A stretch of DNA of 64,000 nt, from assembly GCA_050331235.1 (NCBI GenBank), contig JBHJHA010000017.1:61948-125947 (forward strand). Reading direction: 5' to 3'. Both the position numbers and the translations under genes were made by a program. The notes below the pieces were generated by a model. It made no database searches. It was given only the letters and a program-made list of their open reading frames with translations, and was not told the DNA's origin. The DNA comes from Leptolyngbyaceae cyanobacterium (GTDB lineage: Bacteria > Cyanobacteriota > Cyanobacteriia > Phormidesmidales > Phormidesmidaceae). Shown piece by piece: positions 10,424 to 21,911 of this stretch (positions are counted from its first letter, which is position 1; each line of letters starts with the position of its first letter).

Positions 10424-10966
10424 TTACTCAGAAAAGCCGTCAATGGTTGGGGTCTGATCTGGTTTGACCTCCAGTAACAGCTCCATGAACTTTAGTTCGA
10501 GCCAGCGATCGAACTTATAGCCCACCTGGTGAAAGTGGGCTACTTCTTGAAAACCAAATTGCTCATGCATTCTCAGGCTGACGATGTTATCAGCGTCGAT
10601 GCCTGCAACGATCGCATGGAGATTCCTCGCTTCAGCGGTTTCGATCAGCTGCTTGAGTAGTTGCTTGCCAATGCCACGACCCCGCTGCTGAGGAGTCACG
10701 TAGAGTGAGTTTTCAACGGTGTAACGATAGGCTTCCCAAGCGCGAAAGGGGCCGAGGGAGGCAAATCCTGAGACCTGATTTTCTGTGATCGCCACGATGA
10801 CGGGCCATCCAGCCTGCTGCTTTTGTTGCCACCAAGCGCGACGCATCGCCAGGGTGTGCGGTGTGTAGTCATAAACGGCGGTGGTATGAAGAATCGCGTC
10901 GTTGTAAATGGCCAAAATTGCTGGTAGGTCGGCCTCCACAGCAGCCCGAATCGTCACCGCAGACAT
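10424..10966 (-). CDS. GNAT N-acetyltransferase (YncA/Pat-like)
   Basis: AIYNDAI, YRYTVENSLYV, RGRGIGK, VGYKFDRWL. Confidence 0.9.
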   Translation of the reverse strand: MSAVTIRAAVEADLPAILAIYNDAILHTTAVYDYTPHTLAMRRAWWQQKQQAGWPVIVAITENQVSGFASLGPFRAWEAYRYTVENSLYVTPQQRGRGIGKQLLKQLIETAEARNLHAIVAGIDADNIVSLRMHEQFGFQEVAHFHQVGYKFDRWLELKFMELLLEVKPDQTPTIDGFSE

Positions 10967-10975
10967 GGCAACCCG

Positions 10976-12195
<1,220 letters not shown>

Positions 12196-12446
12196 CGCGA
12201 ATCTCCCGACGATTTGGTGCGTTCAAATTGCTACTACTTTAGCGAAAATAAAACGGACGCTAATAATAATCTGATGAGCCCATACTAAAGCTTTAGCTGA
12301 CTGAGAAGGTCGAGGGAACTTTAGCGTCTCGTTTGGGTGTCCCATTAACTGATGGGTCAAACAGTCAGTGCTTAAACAGACTAGAGTATAGGTCCATCGC
12401 GATCGCCTCGCTTTGCGTAACATCAATGCCCGCATTTGAATCAGCT

Positions 12447-13367
12447 ATGAGGCCCCAATTGCCTGGTCATTATTTATCTAAGTGGACTTTCTCAATTTTG
12501 TGTCTGGGCCTCGGGCTGGGGGGCTTGGTGCTGCCCTGGGAAAGTCGCCAACCCCTGGGGGGGATCGCCCAAGCTGCGGAGTCCCTGTGCCCAGAGCCTG
12601 CCCTAGCCAGACTCACGACCCACACCGTACAGGCTGGGGAGACCATTGACAGCATCGCCGCAGCCCATAATCTATTGCCGGTAACTCTACTGGCGATGAA
12701 TCCGGCGACGCAACCAGGCACCGTTGCCCCAGGCACAACGTTGAAAATTCCCCCCTTTAATGGAGCCGCTGTCACCGTCGTATCGGGGCAAACCTGGCAA
12801 GATTTGGCTCTAGCCTACGGGGCCCGCGCCGACGTGCTCTTCGAGGTCAACGGCTGCCCTGCATCGATACCAGAGCAGATTTTCGTACCGGGTGTCAGTT
12901 GGCTGCTAGAAAACTCTTCGGCTGACTCGGCAACAATGGCAGAAAACAACGATCCGCTATCGATCTATCCGCTGGCTGCCCCCGGTAACATTGTGGGCAA
13001 TTATGGATGGCAAACTGATGCGGAGCAAGATGCACTGGTCTTTAGCAGCGGAGTCACGATTGCAGCCCCCAACGAGACCTCTGTTGTTGCCGCTGGGCGG
13101 GGCACTGTGGCCTATGTGGGCGAAGAGGGGGCACTGGGTTTACTTATCGTAGTGAACCATGACCAGGGGGTGCAAACCCGCTATGCTCAGGTCCGTGAAG
13201 CGGTCGTCGCGGTCGGGGATGCAGTGCAGGCGGGGCAGCCGTTGGCGATCGCCACTCCCACTGTAGAGGATACAAGTCAGCTTTATTTTGAGGTGCGCAC
13301 GAACTCGGCGTTGGGCTGGGTGGCCCGTGATCCTGGCCTCTACATTCCTGAACTGGCGGTGCGGTAA
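12447..13367 (+). CDS. LysM + degenerate M23 (LytM) domain protein
   Basis: Signal/TM segment, LysM (HTVQAGETIDSIA), second LysM-like repeat, M23-like C-terminus lacking the Zn ligands. Confidence 0.8.
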   Translation: MRPQLPGHYLSKWTFSILCLGLGLGGLVLPWESRQPLGGIAQAAESLCPEPALARLTTHTVQAGETIDSIAAAHNLLPVTLLAMNPATQPGTVAPGTTLKIPPFNGAAVTVVSGQTWQDLALAYGARADVLFEVNGCPASIPEQIFVPGVSWLLENSSADSATMAENNDPLSIYPLAAPGNIVGNYGWQTDAEQDALVFSSGVTIAAPNETSVVAAGRGTVAYVGEEGALGLLIVVNHDQGVQTRYAQVREAVVAVGDAVQAGQPLAIATPTVEDTSQLYFEVRTNSALGWVARDPGLYIPELAVR

Positions 13368-13373
13368 TGTTTA

Positions 13374-13486
13374 ATACTATTTTTGCGAATCACGATTACC
13401 CATAGATGCTTCAAAGTCCCTTTTTCAAGGGGGCAGCGACAGCGGGGGATCTTCGAATCTATGGCGCTATTACAGAGAGTTGGTAT
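13374..13486 (+). repeat. ~113-bp MITE-like dispersed repeat, copy 2
   Basis: ATACTATTTTTGCGAATCACGATTACCCATAGAT...GGGGCAGCGACAGCGGGGGATC...TTACAGAGAGTTGGTAT. Confidence 0.88.
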
Positions 13487-13580
13487 AAGCTACTGCGCGA
13501 TCGCGGCGATTCACTAAGAGATTTTCATCTCTAGATAGCGGGGTTGTCGCAGGTGCTCGTGAATTTTTCTGGGCGTAGCT

Positions 13581-14696
13581 TCAGGGCACGTACAAGCTGC
13601 CGTCAGGCATGACCGCATCAATTAAGCAGGCGTCTTTGAGGTTAGCCCGCCAAACATTGGCTTGGGAGAGGTCGGCCCCTGCTAAATTAGTGCCTTTGAG
13701 GTTGGTTTCGGAAAGGTTTGCCATCTTGAGGTCGGCAAAGCGCAGGTTGGCACCCCGCAGGTCGGCTTGACGCATGATAGCTTCCCGCAAGTCGGCATTC
13801 TCTAAGTTGGCACCATTGAGCTGAGCTTGGTGCAGGTTAGCCCCAATCAGATTTGCCCCGATTAAGGTCGTGTTTTCTAGGCGGGCGCGACTTAAGTTTG
13901 CCATGCATAGATTCGTCAAACTGAGATTCGCAAAGGTGAGGTTAGCATCATGCAGGGCTGCGCCGATCATGTTGGCGGCGCTACAGATGGCAGAGCTCAA
14001 ATCGACTTTATGCATCACCGCCTCTTGCAATGTAGCCATCGCAAAATTGGCCTAGCGGAGGTCGGCATTGTTGAGGGTGGCGCTGGTGAGATTACAGCGG
14101 CTCAGGTCGCTAGTGTAAAGCGCTGTATTGCTCAAATCTGCCCAGGCCAAATCGGCTTCGGCAAACTGGGCCATGCAGGCATCCGATTGGTTGAGTGAGG
14201 CATGGCGTAAATCGGCCTGGCGGAGCTGTGCTTCGCGCAGGATGCCCCGGGTCAAGTCCGCATGGGTCAGCACCGCAGCATTGAGTGTCGCCGTTTGAAG
14301 GCTGGCGTCATGGAGGGAGACTTCACGCAAATCGGCCCCCATCATATTGGCGCGATCAAGACGGGCATAGCTGAGGTTCGCTGTGTAAAAAAGCGCCTCG
14401 CGCAAATCTGCATCACAGAGATTCGCCGATCGCAAATCCGCCATGCAGCAGTCGGCCAGAGATAGATTGACGCGCGGCAGGTGAGCCTGACGCAGGTAGA
14501 CCTCGCGCAGGTTAATCCGGGGTGGCCGAGACTCGATGACGGGTTCACGATTGGGCACCTGCGATCGCCATTGATTCCACTCATCTACTCCCAAATTGAG
14601 CATGCCCAAGGGATTCGTCGCTTGGGATGAGGACACTAGACTCGATCGGTGAACGTTGGCAGGGGTTGGTGAGAACACGGGATTAGGGCCGCTCAA
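13581..14696 (-). pseudogene. Pentapeptide-repeat protein split by one in-frame TAG (14052-14054)
   Basis: A(D/N)Lxx repeats continue in the same frame across the stop (..NADLR*ANFAMATLQ..); N-terminal GVDEWNQWR and C-terminal AVMPDGS motifs typical of one gene. Confidence 0.75.
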
Positions 14697-14877
14697 CTCG
14701 AAAATTGGACCATCGACGCCAGGTGCAGAAGGTGGTAGCCCTAGTCTGCCCAGGAACTGAACTTGGGTTTACCCTCTGCTCGATTGGCTAAGAGTTGAAT
14801 AAATCCGCCATCGCTGTGGGACTTTCGTTAGTATGAGGGCTCCATACCGGCGCAAACTTTTTACTGACGGGTTTACT

Positions 14878-15312
14878 ATGACGGCTACGGCAATCACCCA
14901 TCATCACCAGCAGGTGCTCGATCTCTCTACCCAAGGCAAATCCCTTCAGCGTTTTACCCAGCAGGTGCAGAGTGTTGTGCGGGCCTCGGGCATGACCCAA
15001 GGACTCTGTACTGTGTTTATTCGCCATACCTCAGCTAGCCTCATCATTCAAGAGAATGCCGACCCCGACGTACTGGTTGATCTTGAAAACTTTTTGTCAA
15101 AACTGGTGCCCGACGGCAATCATTATGTGCATAGTGCTGAGGGACCTGACGATATGCCAGCTCACATCCGTTCCGTGTTGACCAGCACCTCCCTATCGAT
15201 TCCGGTGATGCGGGGGCAGTTGGCCCTAGGCACTTGGCAGGGCATTTATTTGTGGGAGCACCGCGATCGCGGTCATCATCGCGAAGTGGTTGTTCACATT
15301 ATGGGAAACTGA
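14878..15312 (+). CDS. YjbQ/UPF0047 family protein
   Basis: HTSASLIIQENADPDV, EGPDDMPAHI, LGTWQGIYLWEHR. Confidence 0.9.
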   Translation: MTATAITHHHQQVLDLSTQGKSLQRFTQQVQSVVRASGMTQGLCTVFIRHTSASLIIQENADPDVLVDLENFLSKLVPDGNHYVHSAEGPDDMPAHIRSVLTSTSLSIPVMRGQLALGTWQGIYLWEHRDRGHHREVVVHIMGN

Positions 15313-15316
15313 AGTC

Positions 15317-16255
15317 ATGGTTGAAAGTTTGGGCCTATCGGCGATTCCGACGGCACCGCCGGAGTTTCGCTCTGGCTTTGTGGGCATTGTTGGACGCCCG
15401 AATGTCGGTAAGTCAACCTTGATGAACTACTTGATTGGGCAAAAGGTGGCGATCACCTCGCCCGTGGCCCAAACGACCCGCAATCGACTGCGGGGAATTT
15501 TGACGACGGATCAGGCGCAAATTATTTTTGTCGATACCCCCGGCATTCATAAGCCCCACCACGAACTGGGTAAGGTATTGGTGCACAATGCCCGCACCGC
15601 CATTGCCTCTGTTGATCTCGTGCTGTTTGTGGTCGATGGGGCAGTGCCGGCGGGGCGGGGCGATCGCTTCATCACCGAATTGCTGACCCAACAGCAGACC
15701 CCGGTATATTTGGGGATGAACAAGCTCGATCAACGATCGCCAGACGAAGCCGCTGTGATTGTTGAGAGCTATCAGGCGATCGCCACAGCGCAAGGATGGC
15801 CGCTATCTGAATTTTCTGCTATCACTGGGTCTGGTGTACCAGAGCTGCAAACCCAGCTCATTCAAGGACTAGAGCCCGGCCCCTACTACTATCCGCCGGA
15901 TCTGGTCACCGATCAGCCCGAGCGCTTCATTATGGGTGAGCTAATTCGAGAGCAGGTTCTTTATCACACCCGCGAAGAGGTGCCCCATTCCGTCGCGATT
16001 GCCATTGACCGCGTAGAAGAAGACGAAAACATTACCCGCATTTTGGCAACGGTGCACGTGGAGCGCGATTCACAAAAGGGCATTCTCATCGGCAAAAAAG
16101 GCAGCATGATGAAGGCGATCGGGTCCGGGGCCCGAGAGCAGATGCAAAAGCTCATTACGGGCAAGGTCTATCTGGAAATTTTTGTCAAAGTGCAGCCTAA
16201 GTGGCGGCAGTCCCGAGCCCAACTGGCCGAATTAGGCTACCGCCGCGAAGAGTAG
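15317..16255 (+). CDS. era: GTPase Era
   Basis: GRPNVGKST, QTTRN, DTPG, NKLD, KH domain with GKKG. Confidence 0.95.
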   Translation: MVESLGLSAIPTAPPEFRSGFVGIVGRPNVGKSTLMNYLIGQKVAITSPVAQTTRNRLRGILTTDQAQIIFVDTPGIHKPHHELGKVLVHNARTAIASVDLVLFVVDGAVPAGRGDRFITELLTQQQTPVYLGMNKLDQRSPDEAAVIVESYQAIATAQGWPLSEFSAITGSGVPELQTQLIQGLEPGPYYYPPDLVTDQPERFIMGELIREQVLYHTREEVPHSVAIAIDRVEEDENITRILATVHVERDSQKGILIGKKGSMMKAIGSGAREQMQKLITGKVYLEIFVKVQPKWRQSRAQLAELGYRREE

Positions 16256-16382
16256 CACTGAACTTTCCTCGGCTGAGGAGCCGTGGCACTGGCTCGTGGC
16301 TGCGGCTAGGCTGGATAAGCGAGGCTCTCCCCATCAGTGGCTGACTTGTCTACATTAAAGGCGTAGTGATGAGCGATCGCCC

Positions 16383-16865
16383 ATGTTTTTTCCCACCTCA
16401 ACTGATTTGGCCAATATCTTTCAGGTCGCCAATTTGTCCGTGCTGCCGTTTTGGGCGTTGATGATTGTGTTGCCTAACTGGGGCGGCACCCGCTGGCTAA
16501 TGCGGTCCTTTATTCCCTATGCGGCCCTAGCCAGTTTGTATGTCTATCTATTTGTCACCCTCGATGGCGGTGTCCTCACGGCGTTTTCTGACCCGGAGTT
16601 AGATTTGGCCAGCTTAGCGGGCATGTTTGCCAATCCCCACGTGATGGCGTTGGGCTGGGTGCATTTTTTAGTGATGGATTTGTTTGTGGGCCGCTGGATT
16701 TACTGGCAAGGTCAAGAAAATCGAGTATTCACCCGCCATTCCTTAGCCCTATGTCTATTTGCTGGACCGTTAGGACTGTTGGTGCATCTGATCACAGCGG
16801 CGATCGCCCGTAACTTCTTGCTAGATAAGGACGACAGCACACCTGCCGAACCCTCTGCTGTATGA
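16383..16865 (+). CDS. ABA4-like (DUF4281) membrane protein
   Basis: LPFWALMIVLPNW, GWVHFLVMDLFVGRWIY, HSLALCLFAGPLGLL. Confidence 0.85.
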   Translation: MFFPTSTDLANIFQVANLSVLPFWALMIVLPNWGGTRWLMRSFIPYAALASLYVYLFVTLDGGVLTAFSDPELDLASLAGMFANPHVMALGWVHFLVMDLFVGRWIYWQGQENRVFTRHSLALCLFAGPLGLLVHLITAAIARNFLLDKDDSTPAEPSAV

Positions 16866-16938
16866 AATCTGATTGACAGCAGTTCCAAGACGGTGGTTAA
16901 TTAACTTCATTTAGGTTCTGTGAAACTGGGGTTGACCT

Positions 16939-18627
16939 ATGGTGTCTTTTGTCGGATCTCGTTGGCAGCAGCGATGTCGAGTTTGGTCACGTCGCCCGTG
17001 GCGATCGCGGCTGCGCTTTAGCGCCCTTTTGACCCTGTGTCTGACCTTTGTCATTGCCTGCACAGGCAGTCCGACCGCGGATTCTAACCCCAGTACTGAC
17101 GCTGGCGCCGAAGCCACAGGTAATCGGATTTCCATGGGCACCACGCTCACCGCTCGCACCCTAGATCCGGCCGATGCCTACGAAATCTTTCCTGGCATTT
17201 TGCTGCATAATCTCGGCGATCAGCTCTATGCCTATGAACCGGGCACCACAGATTTGATCCCCCAGTTAGCCACGGAAATGCCCACCGTCAGTGACGACGG
17301 TTTGACCTATACCATTCCCCTGCGGGAGAGGGTTGTTTTTCACGATGGCACTCCTTTTAATGCGGAGGCGATGGCCTTTTCCCTCCAACGGTTTATGAAA
17401 AATGGTGGACGTCCGGCGTTTTTGCTGGCTGATCGCATTGAGTCGGTTGAGGCCACCGGTGAATATGAGTTAACGATTACCCTGAATTCCCCCTTTGCCG
17501 CTTTTACCGCCTTAATGACATTTTGGGGGGTGACGCCAGTCCCGCCAGACGCCTATGAAATCGCCGAAGGTAGCTTTATCCCTGACAGCTTTATTGGCAC
17601 TGGTCCCTATAAGTTGGCGGCGTTCAACAGCGACTCCATCCAACTGGAGGTCAATGAAGATTACTGGGGAGAGCAGCCAGCCAACGATGGCATCGATATT
17701 CAAATTTTCAGCAGTCCGGCCAATCTCTACAACACCTTTAAGACCCAAGGGGTTGATGTCGCTTACCAAACCCTCGATCCCGAGCAAATTGCTGATTTAG
17801 AACGTCAAGCGGACTCTGGCGACTGGCAGGTCATCGAAGCGGGTACCACGGTAGTCAACTACATGAGCCTGAACCAAAAAATTGCGCCCCTAGATGATGT
17901 CAAAGTGCGACAGGCGATCGCCGCCATGATTGACCGTGACTTGGTCAATGAGCGCGTCTTCCAAGGCCAGGCCGAGCCGCTGTATAGTCTGATTCCCACT
18001 AGCTTTGAGGTCTATGAGCCGGTTTTACAAGAGGCCTATGGCGATGGCAACTTTGAGCTGGCAGAAAAGTTGCTGCGAGAGGCCGGCTTTTCTGAGGATA
18101 ATCCGCTGAACTTTGAAATCTGGTATCCCTCGGCCTCTACGACTCGCAGCGTTGTGGCTAACACCCTAAAGGAGGCGTTTGAAACTGGGCTGCCTGGATT
18201 GATTACTGTAACTGTGCAAACGGCGGAAAGCGCCACGCTGTGGGGCAACGTAGATAAAGGTGTTTATCCTTCCGTACTCGCCAACTGGTATCCCGACTAT
18301 TACGATGTCGATACCTTCGTGCAGCCGTTTCTAAGCTGTGAAAAGGGTTCAGAGGAAGCTCTGTGTGAAGAAGGTGCTAGTCAGGGTAATGGCTCGTTTT
18401 ACTACAGTGAAAAAGCCAATGAGCTGGTGCAAGCTCAACAATCTGAGCAAGACCCTGAGGCGCGCAAAATCATCATTCAAGATTTGCAAGCCCTTTTACA
18501 GGACGATGTGCCCTATATTCCACTGTGGCAAAACAAGGATTACGTTTTTGCTCAAAATGGTGTCGAAGGGGTCGCCATCCAGCCCACTCAACAGTTTTTG
18601 ATGTGGCAAATGAGCAAAGACAGCTGA
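16939..18627 (+). CDS. ABC transporter substrate-binding lipoprotein, family 5 (OppA/DppA-like)
   Basis: Lipobox-like VIAC, TLDPADAY, FHDGTPFNAEA, GTGPYKL, VRQAIA, PYIPLWQ. Confidence 0.9.
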   Translation: MVSFVGSRWQQRCRVWSRRPWRSRLRFSALLTLCLTFVIACTGSPTADSNPSTDAGAEATGNRISMGTTLTARTLDPADAYEIFPGILLHNLGDQLYAYEPGTTDLIPQLATEMPTVSDDGLTYTIPLRERVVFHDGTPFNAEAMAFSLQRFMKNGGRPAFLLADRIESVEATGEYELTITLNSPFAAFTALMTFWGVTPVPPDAYEIAEGSFIPDSFIGTGPYKLAAFNSDSIQLEVNEDYWGEQPANDGIDIQIFSSPANLYNTFKTQGVDVAYQTLDPEQIADLERQADSGDWQVIEAGTTVVNYMSLNQKIAPLDDVKVRQAIAAMIDRDLVNERVFQGQAEPLYSLIPTSFEVYEPVLQEAYGDGNFELAEKLLREAGFSEDNPLNFEIWYPSASTTRSVVANTLKEAFETGLPGLITVTVQTAESATLWGNVDKGVYPSVLANWYPDYYDVDTFVQPFLSCEKGSEEALCEEGASQGNGSFYYSEKANELVQAQQSEQDPEARKIIIQDLQALLQDDVPYIPLWQNKDYVFAQNGVEGVAIQPTQQFLMWQMSKDS

Positions 18628-18986
18628 CCCAATGGATCGGCCGATTAAGAATTGACTATTCATCGCGATTTATCGGCTTTTGTCCTAAGCTTGGAAAGTT
18701 AGATCTTAGTGGTGAGCGTGGTTAATCCGACAATCGCGCTCAATCACATTGGGAAGTTTTGTCTGTCTGCTTACACCTGCTTGACCACGTCAATTAGGTG
18801 GTTTGATATTTACCGCTGTTTTTCCCAAAGATGGAAAAAAGGGGCGCCGCAGCGGCGATCGCCCATCGTTTGCAGGAACAAACGGTATAACATTTAGCCA
18901 ATATTGTCACGAACGTAACAGTGCTCCAACTGGAGAGTTTCGCTCAGCGATTAGAATCAATGCACACTTACTGATGATTGCGTTTC

Positions 18987-19610
18987 ATGACCGTTGCTTG
19001 GAATCATAAATCCGATAAAGCTGCCCAAATTCTTAATGGTGCGCTTCAAGAGTTTTTGGCGCATGGCTATGCGGGAACCAGTATGGATCGGGTGGCGACT
19101 ACGGCGGGCGTCTCTAAGCCGACGGTCTACAACCACTTTCAAGATAAAGAAGGACTGTTTCGAGCGCTGGTGCAAAAAATTGCGCGCGAACGCTGTCAAA
19201 TTAAGTTTAATCCAGACGGATTTGGCGATCCACCGGCTGAGTCGCTTCCCCGTTTACTCGGTTTAATGGTGGAAACAATCGCTGACGATCATGAATATCA
19301 GGATTTTGTCCGCTTAGTGATCGGTGAGTCAGGCCGGTTTCCTGAGCTAGCCAGAACGTTTGTCACCTATCTGTCTAAACCTGGTCTGGAGCTGATGCAA
19401 ACCTATCTTGAGCAGCACCCGGAATTTGGCTTTGCTGACTCCCAGGCGATCGCTCAAATCATTCTGGGATCCGTCGTTTACATGTGCCTGACTCAGCACA
19501 TTTTGCATGGACGGGACATTATGCCCCTCAGCAAAGAGCATTATATTGAAACCATGGTGGGCCTGATGTTAAAGTCAGCCATTGCCGATGCAGTTCACGA
19601 TGATCGCTAA
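18987..19610 (+). CDS. TetR/AcrR family transcriptional regulator
   Basis: GYAGTSMDRVATTAGVSKPTVYNHFQDKEGLF HTH; ESGRFPELA. Confidence 0.92.
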   Translation: MTVAWNHKSDKAAQILNGALQEFLAHGYAGTSMDRVATTAGVSKPTVYNHFQDKEGLFRALVQKIARERCQIKFNPDGFGDPPAESLPRLLGLMVETIADDHEYQDFVRLVIGESGRFPELARTFVTYLSKPGLELMQTYLEQHPEFGFADSQAIAQIILGSVVYMCLTQHILHGRDIMPLSKEHYIETMVGLMLKSAIADAVHDDR

Positions 19611-19775
19611 GAGCCCTCTCAGTTCGACAGGCTGTAGCTATGCAGATAGTGACATCGGGGTCAAAAGTTTTAGGGCAGGGGCCCAGTGTGGGTAATCATA
19701 AGTGACTGATCGTCAGTATTGCTGGGGCAAATCTGCTAGCGGTATCCGCAACTGTTTTCTACAGCCTGACGTCTG

Positions 19776-20447
19776 ATGTTTCAGTTACCGAAATTTTACG
19801 AGGCTGATCTCCTTATCCACGCCATGACCCATAAGTCTTATGCTCGAGAGCATCCCGAGGCCAAAGCGGATAATGAGCGCTTAGAGTTTTTGGGTGATGC
19901 CATTCTGACGTTCTTGTGCGGTGAATTCTTATTTGCCCGCTACCCGGATTGTGACGAGGGCAAGTTGACTGCGCTGCGTGCTTCTCTGGTGGATGCGACT
20001 CAGCTCGGTGATTTTGCTCGCAAGTTGCGGTTGCAGGATCATCTGCGGTTGGGCAAAGGCGTTGAGGGTAGCGGTGGCCGCCAAAATATTCGTCTGCTAA
20101 GCAGCGCTTTTGAAGCCCTGGTGGGCGCCTATTTTTTAGATCAGCGATCGCAGGTAGAACCCGTAAGAAACTTCGTCTTTCCACTCTTTGAGTCTGTGGT
20201 GGAGGCTCGCGCTGACCCAACTCAGAATATTAACGAAAAGAGCACTCTACAAGAATGGTCACTGGCCCAAACTGGAACGATTCCAACCTATGCGATTATT
20301 GCTGAATCCGGCCGCGACCACGCTAAACAATTCACAGCAATTGTACGGATAGCGGGGCAAACCCATGGGCAAGGAAGAGGACGCCGCAAACAAGATGCCG
20401 AAAAAGCTGCTGCCCGAGCGGCATTAGACGCTCTCAATTTACTGTGA
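19776..20447 (+). CDS. rnc: Ribonuclease III
   Basis: NERLEFLGDAIL signature, C-terminal dsRBD (KSTLQEW...KQDAEKAAA). Confidence 0.9.
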   Translation: MFQLPKFYEADLLIHAMTHKSYAREHPEAKADNERLEFLGDAILTFLCGEFLFARYPDCDEGKLTALRASLVDATQLGDFARKLRLQDHLRLGKGVEGSGGRQNIRLLSSAFEALVGAYFLDQRSQVEPVRNFVFPLFESVVEARADPTQNINEKSTLQEWSLAQTGTIPTYAIIAESGRDHAKQFTAIVRIAGQTHGQGRGRRKQDAEKAAARAALDALNLL

Positions 20448-20482
20448 AGCCTGTTACTGTGCCGAGCGATTTCCGCGGCAGC

Positions 20483-21736
20483 TCAACCTCGGGCGAGGGC
20501 TGCTGGTGAGCTAAATGTCTGGGTGTGGACCTGAGTTTTGCTGACAAGCTTGCCAGCTTTAAAGACCGTGCGGCCGGGGGGCGCCGTTGCGATCGCCGTC
20601 GAGGCATCCGGCGCCTCTAGCAGCACGAGATCCGCTACGTTACCTGGAGCAATGCCGTAATTAGCGATGCCGATGGCCTGAGCGGAGCATCGAGTCAGGA
20701 TATCCATACACAGTTCGTGATGGTCGGTGGTGCCTAACTGCAACACTTGCGCCAGCAGTGTACCTATTTTGAGCATGTCGCCCTCCCCAAAGGGCGTGAA
20801 TAGGTTTTGTACATTATTAGTCGCGGTGCCGACGGTGACTCCGAAGTTGTGAAGCTGGTGGAGCGGCGCCACGCCTCGGCGCACATTGTGGGTATCGCGG
20901 CGTGCCATCATATACAAGTCAGACGCTGGCAAGGCCAAAATCGCAATTCCCGCCGCCTGTAGTTCCTTAGCGATCGCCGCCAAGTCTTCAGGTGCAAGGC
21001 CGGCCAATTTGGTCATGTGGCCCAAACAAACACGTCCATGCCACTGACGTTTGTGGGTTTCGGCAATAACGATGGGTAACTGTAGCGGCGCATCATCATC
21101 CAAAAAATCTAAATGAAAATCGACATCGCAATCAAATTCTTCGGCGATATCGAAAATGATTTCAATATTCCGCTGTGGATCAGGGTCGATGTAGGGCGCG
21201 GAGCCGATTACATCGCCGCCCATGCTCATTGCCTCTCTCAAGATCGCCTCAGCGCCAGGTTGATGGGTGATTCCCTCTTGGGCAAAGACCGCAAGCTGTA
21301 ATGAAATTTGGTTGGCATATGCCAGTTTCAGCGGTGAGAGTGCCGCCATGGACATCGTTCCTAAAATGGGGTCGACTTCCACATGGCTTCGCATCGCCGT
21401 GGTGCCAAAGGCGATCGCCCGGTCCAAGACGGTGGTGGCGCGACGTTGAATATCCGCAACCGTGTAGTTTGCCTTCAGCTGCGACGTTGTCTGTAGTGCT
21501 TCGGCAAAATTGCCAGTTTGTGCTGGTGCCTGAGATAGTAAAAAGGCTTTATCAAGATGCATGTGTGCATCAACGAAGCCTGGAACCAAAAGTTGCCCCT
21601 GAGCATCGATTGAGCATTGGGCCTTCATGGTAAGGCGAGGCTGCACCTGGGTAATCGCTCCCTGGTCAATGGCGATCGCCCAATGGCCCCTACGACCGAT
21701 TAAAGCGGCATTTTCAATCAATAACTCTACGGACAT
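20483..21736 (-). CDS. Amidohydrolase superfamily, cytosine-deaminase-like
   Basis: PGFVDAHMHLDKA, GTTAMRSHVE, DFHLD, LGHMT, GNVADLVLL. Confidence 0.8.
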   Translation of the reverse strand: MSVELLIENAALIGRRGHWAIAIDQGAITQVQPRLTMKAQCSIDAQGQLLVPGFVDAHMHLDKAFLLSQAPAQTGNFAEALQTTSQLKANYTVADIQRRATTVLDRAIAFGTTAMRSHVEVDPILGTMSMAALSPLKLAYANQISLQLAVFAQEGITHQPGAEAILREAMSMGGDVIGSAPYIDPDPQRNIEIIFDIAEEFDCDVDFHLDFLDDDAPLQLPIVIAETHKRQWHGRVCLGHMTKLAGLAPEDLAAIAKELQAAGIAILALPASDLYMMARRDTHNVRRGVAPLHQLHNFGVTVGTATNNVQNLFTPFGEGDMLKIGTLLAQVLQLGTTDHHELCMDILTRCSAQAIGIANYGIAPGNVADLVLLEAPDASTAIATAPPGRTVFKAGKLVSKTQVHTQTFSSPAALARG

Positions 21737-21841
21737 AGGCGGCTTACTAGGTTCATAACGGCATCTCAACGTTAAAGAGGAGGTCATTCATCGCTACTCT
21801 CCTCATAGTTTAGATGTGAACATCATCCTTTAAAGTCAGTT

Positions 21842-21878
21842 GCCCCAGGTCGGTTCTCAAACCTGACCTGGGGCTTTA
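21842..21878. terminator. Hairpin terminator downstream of the NfeD-like gene
   Basis: GCCCCAGGTCGGTT-CTC-AAACCTGACCTGGGGC inverted repeat. Confidence 0.6.
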
Positions 21879-21911
21879 CTCAGTTACGACAACCGCTCGC
21901 AGTCAAAGGAA

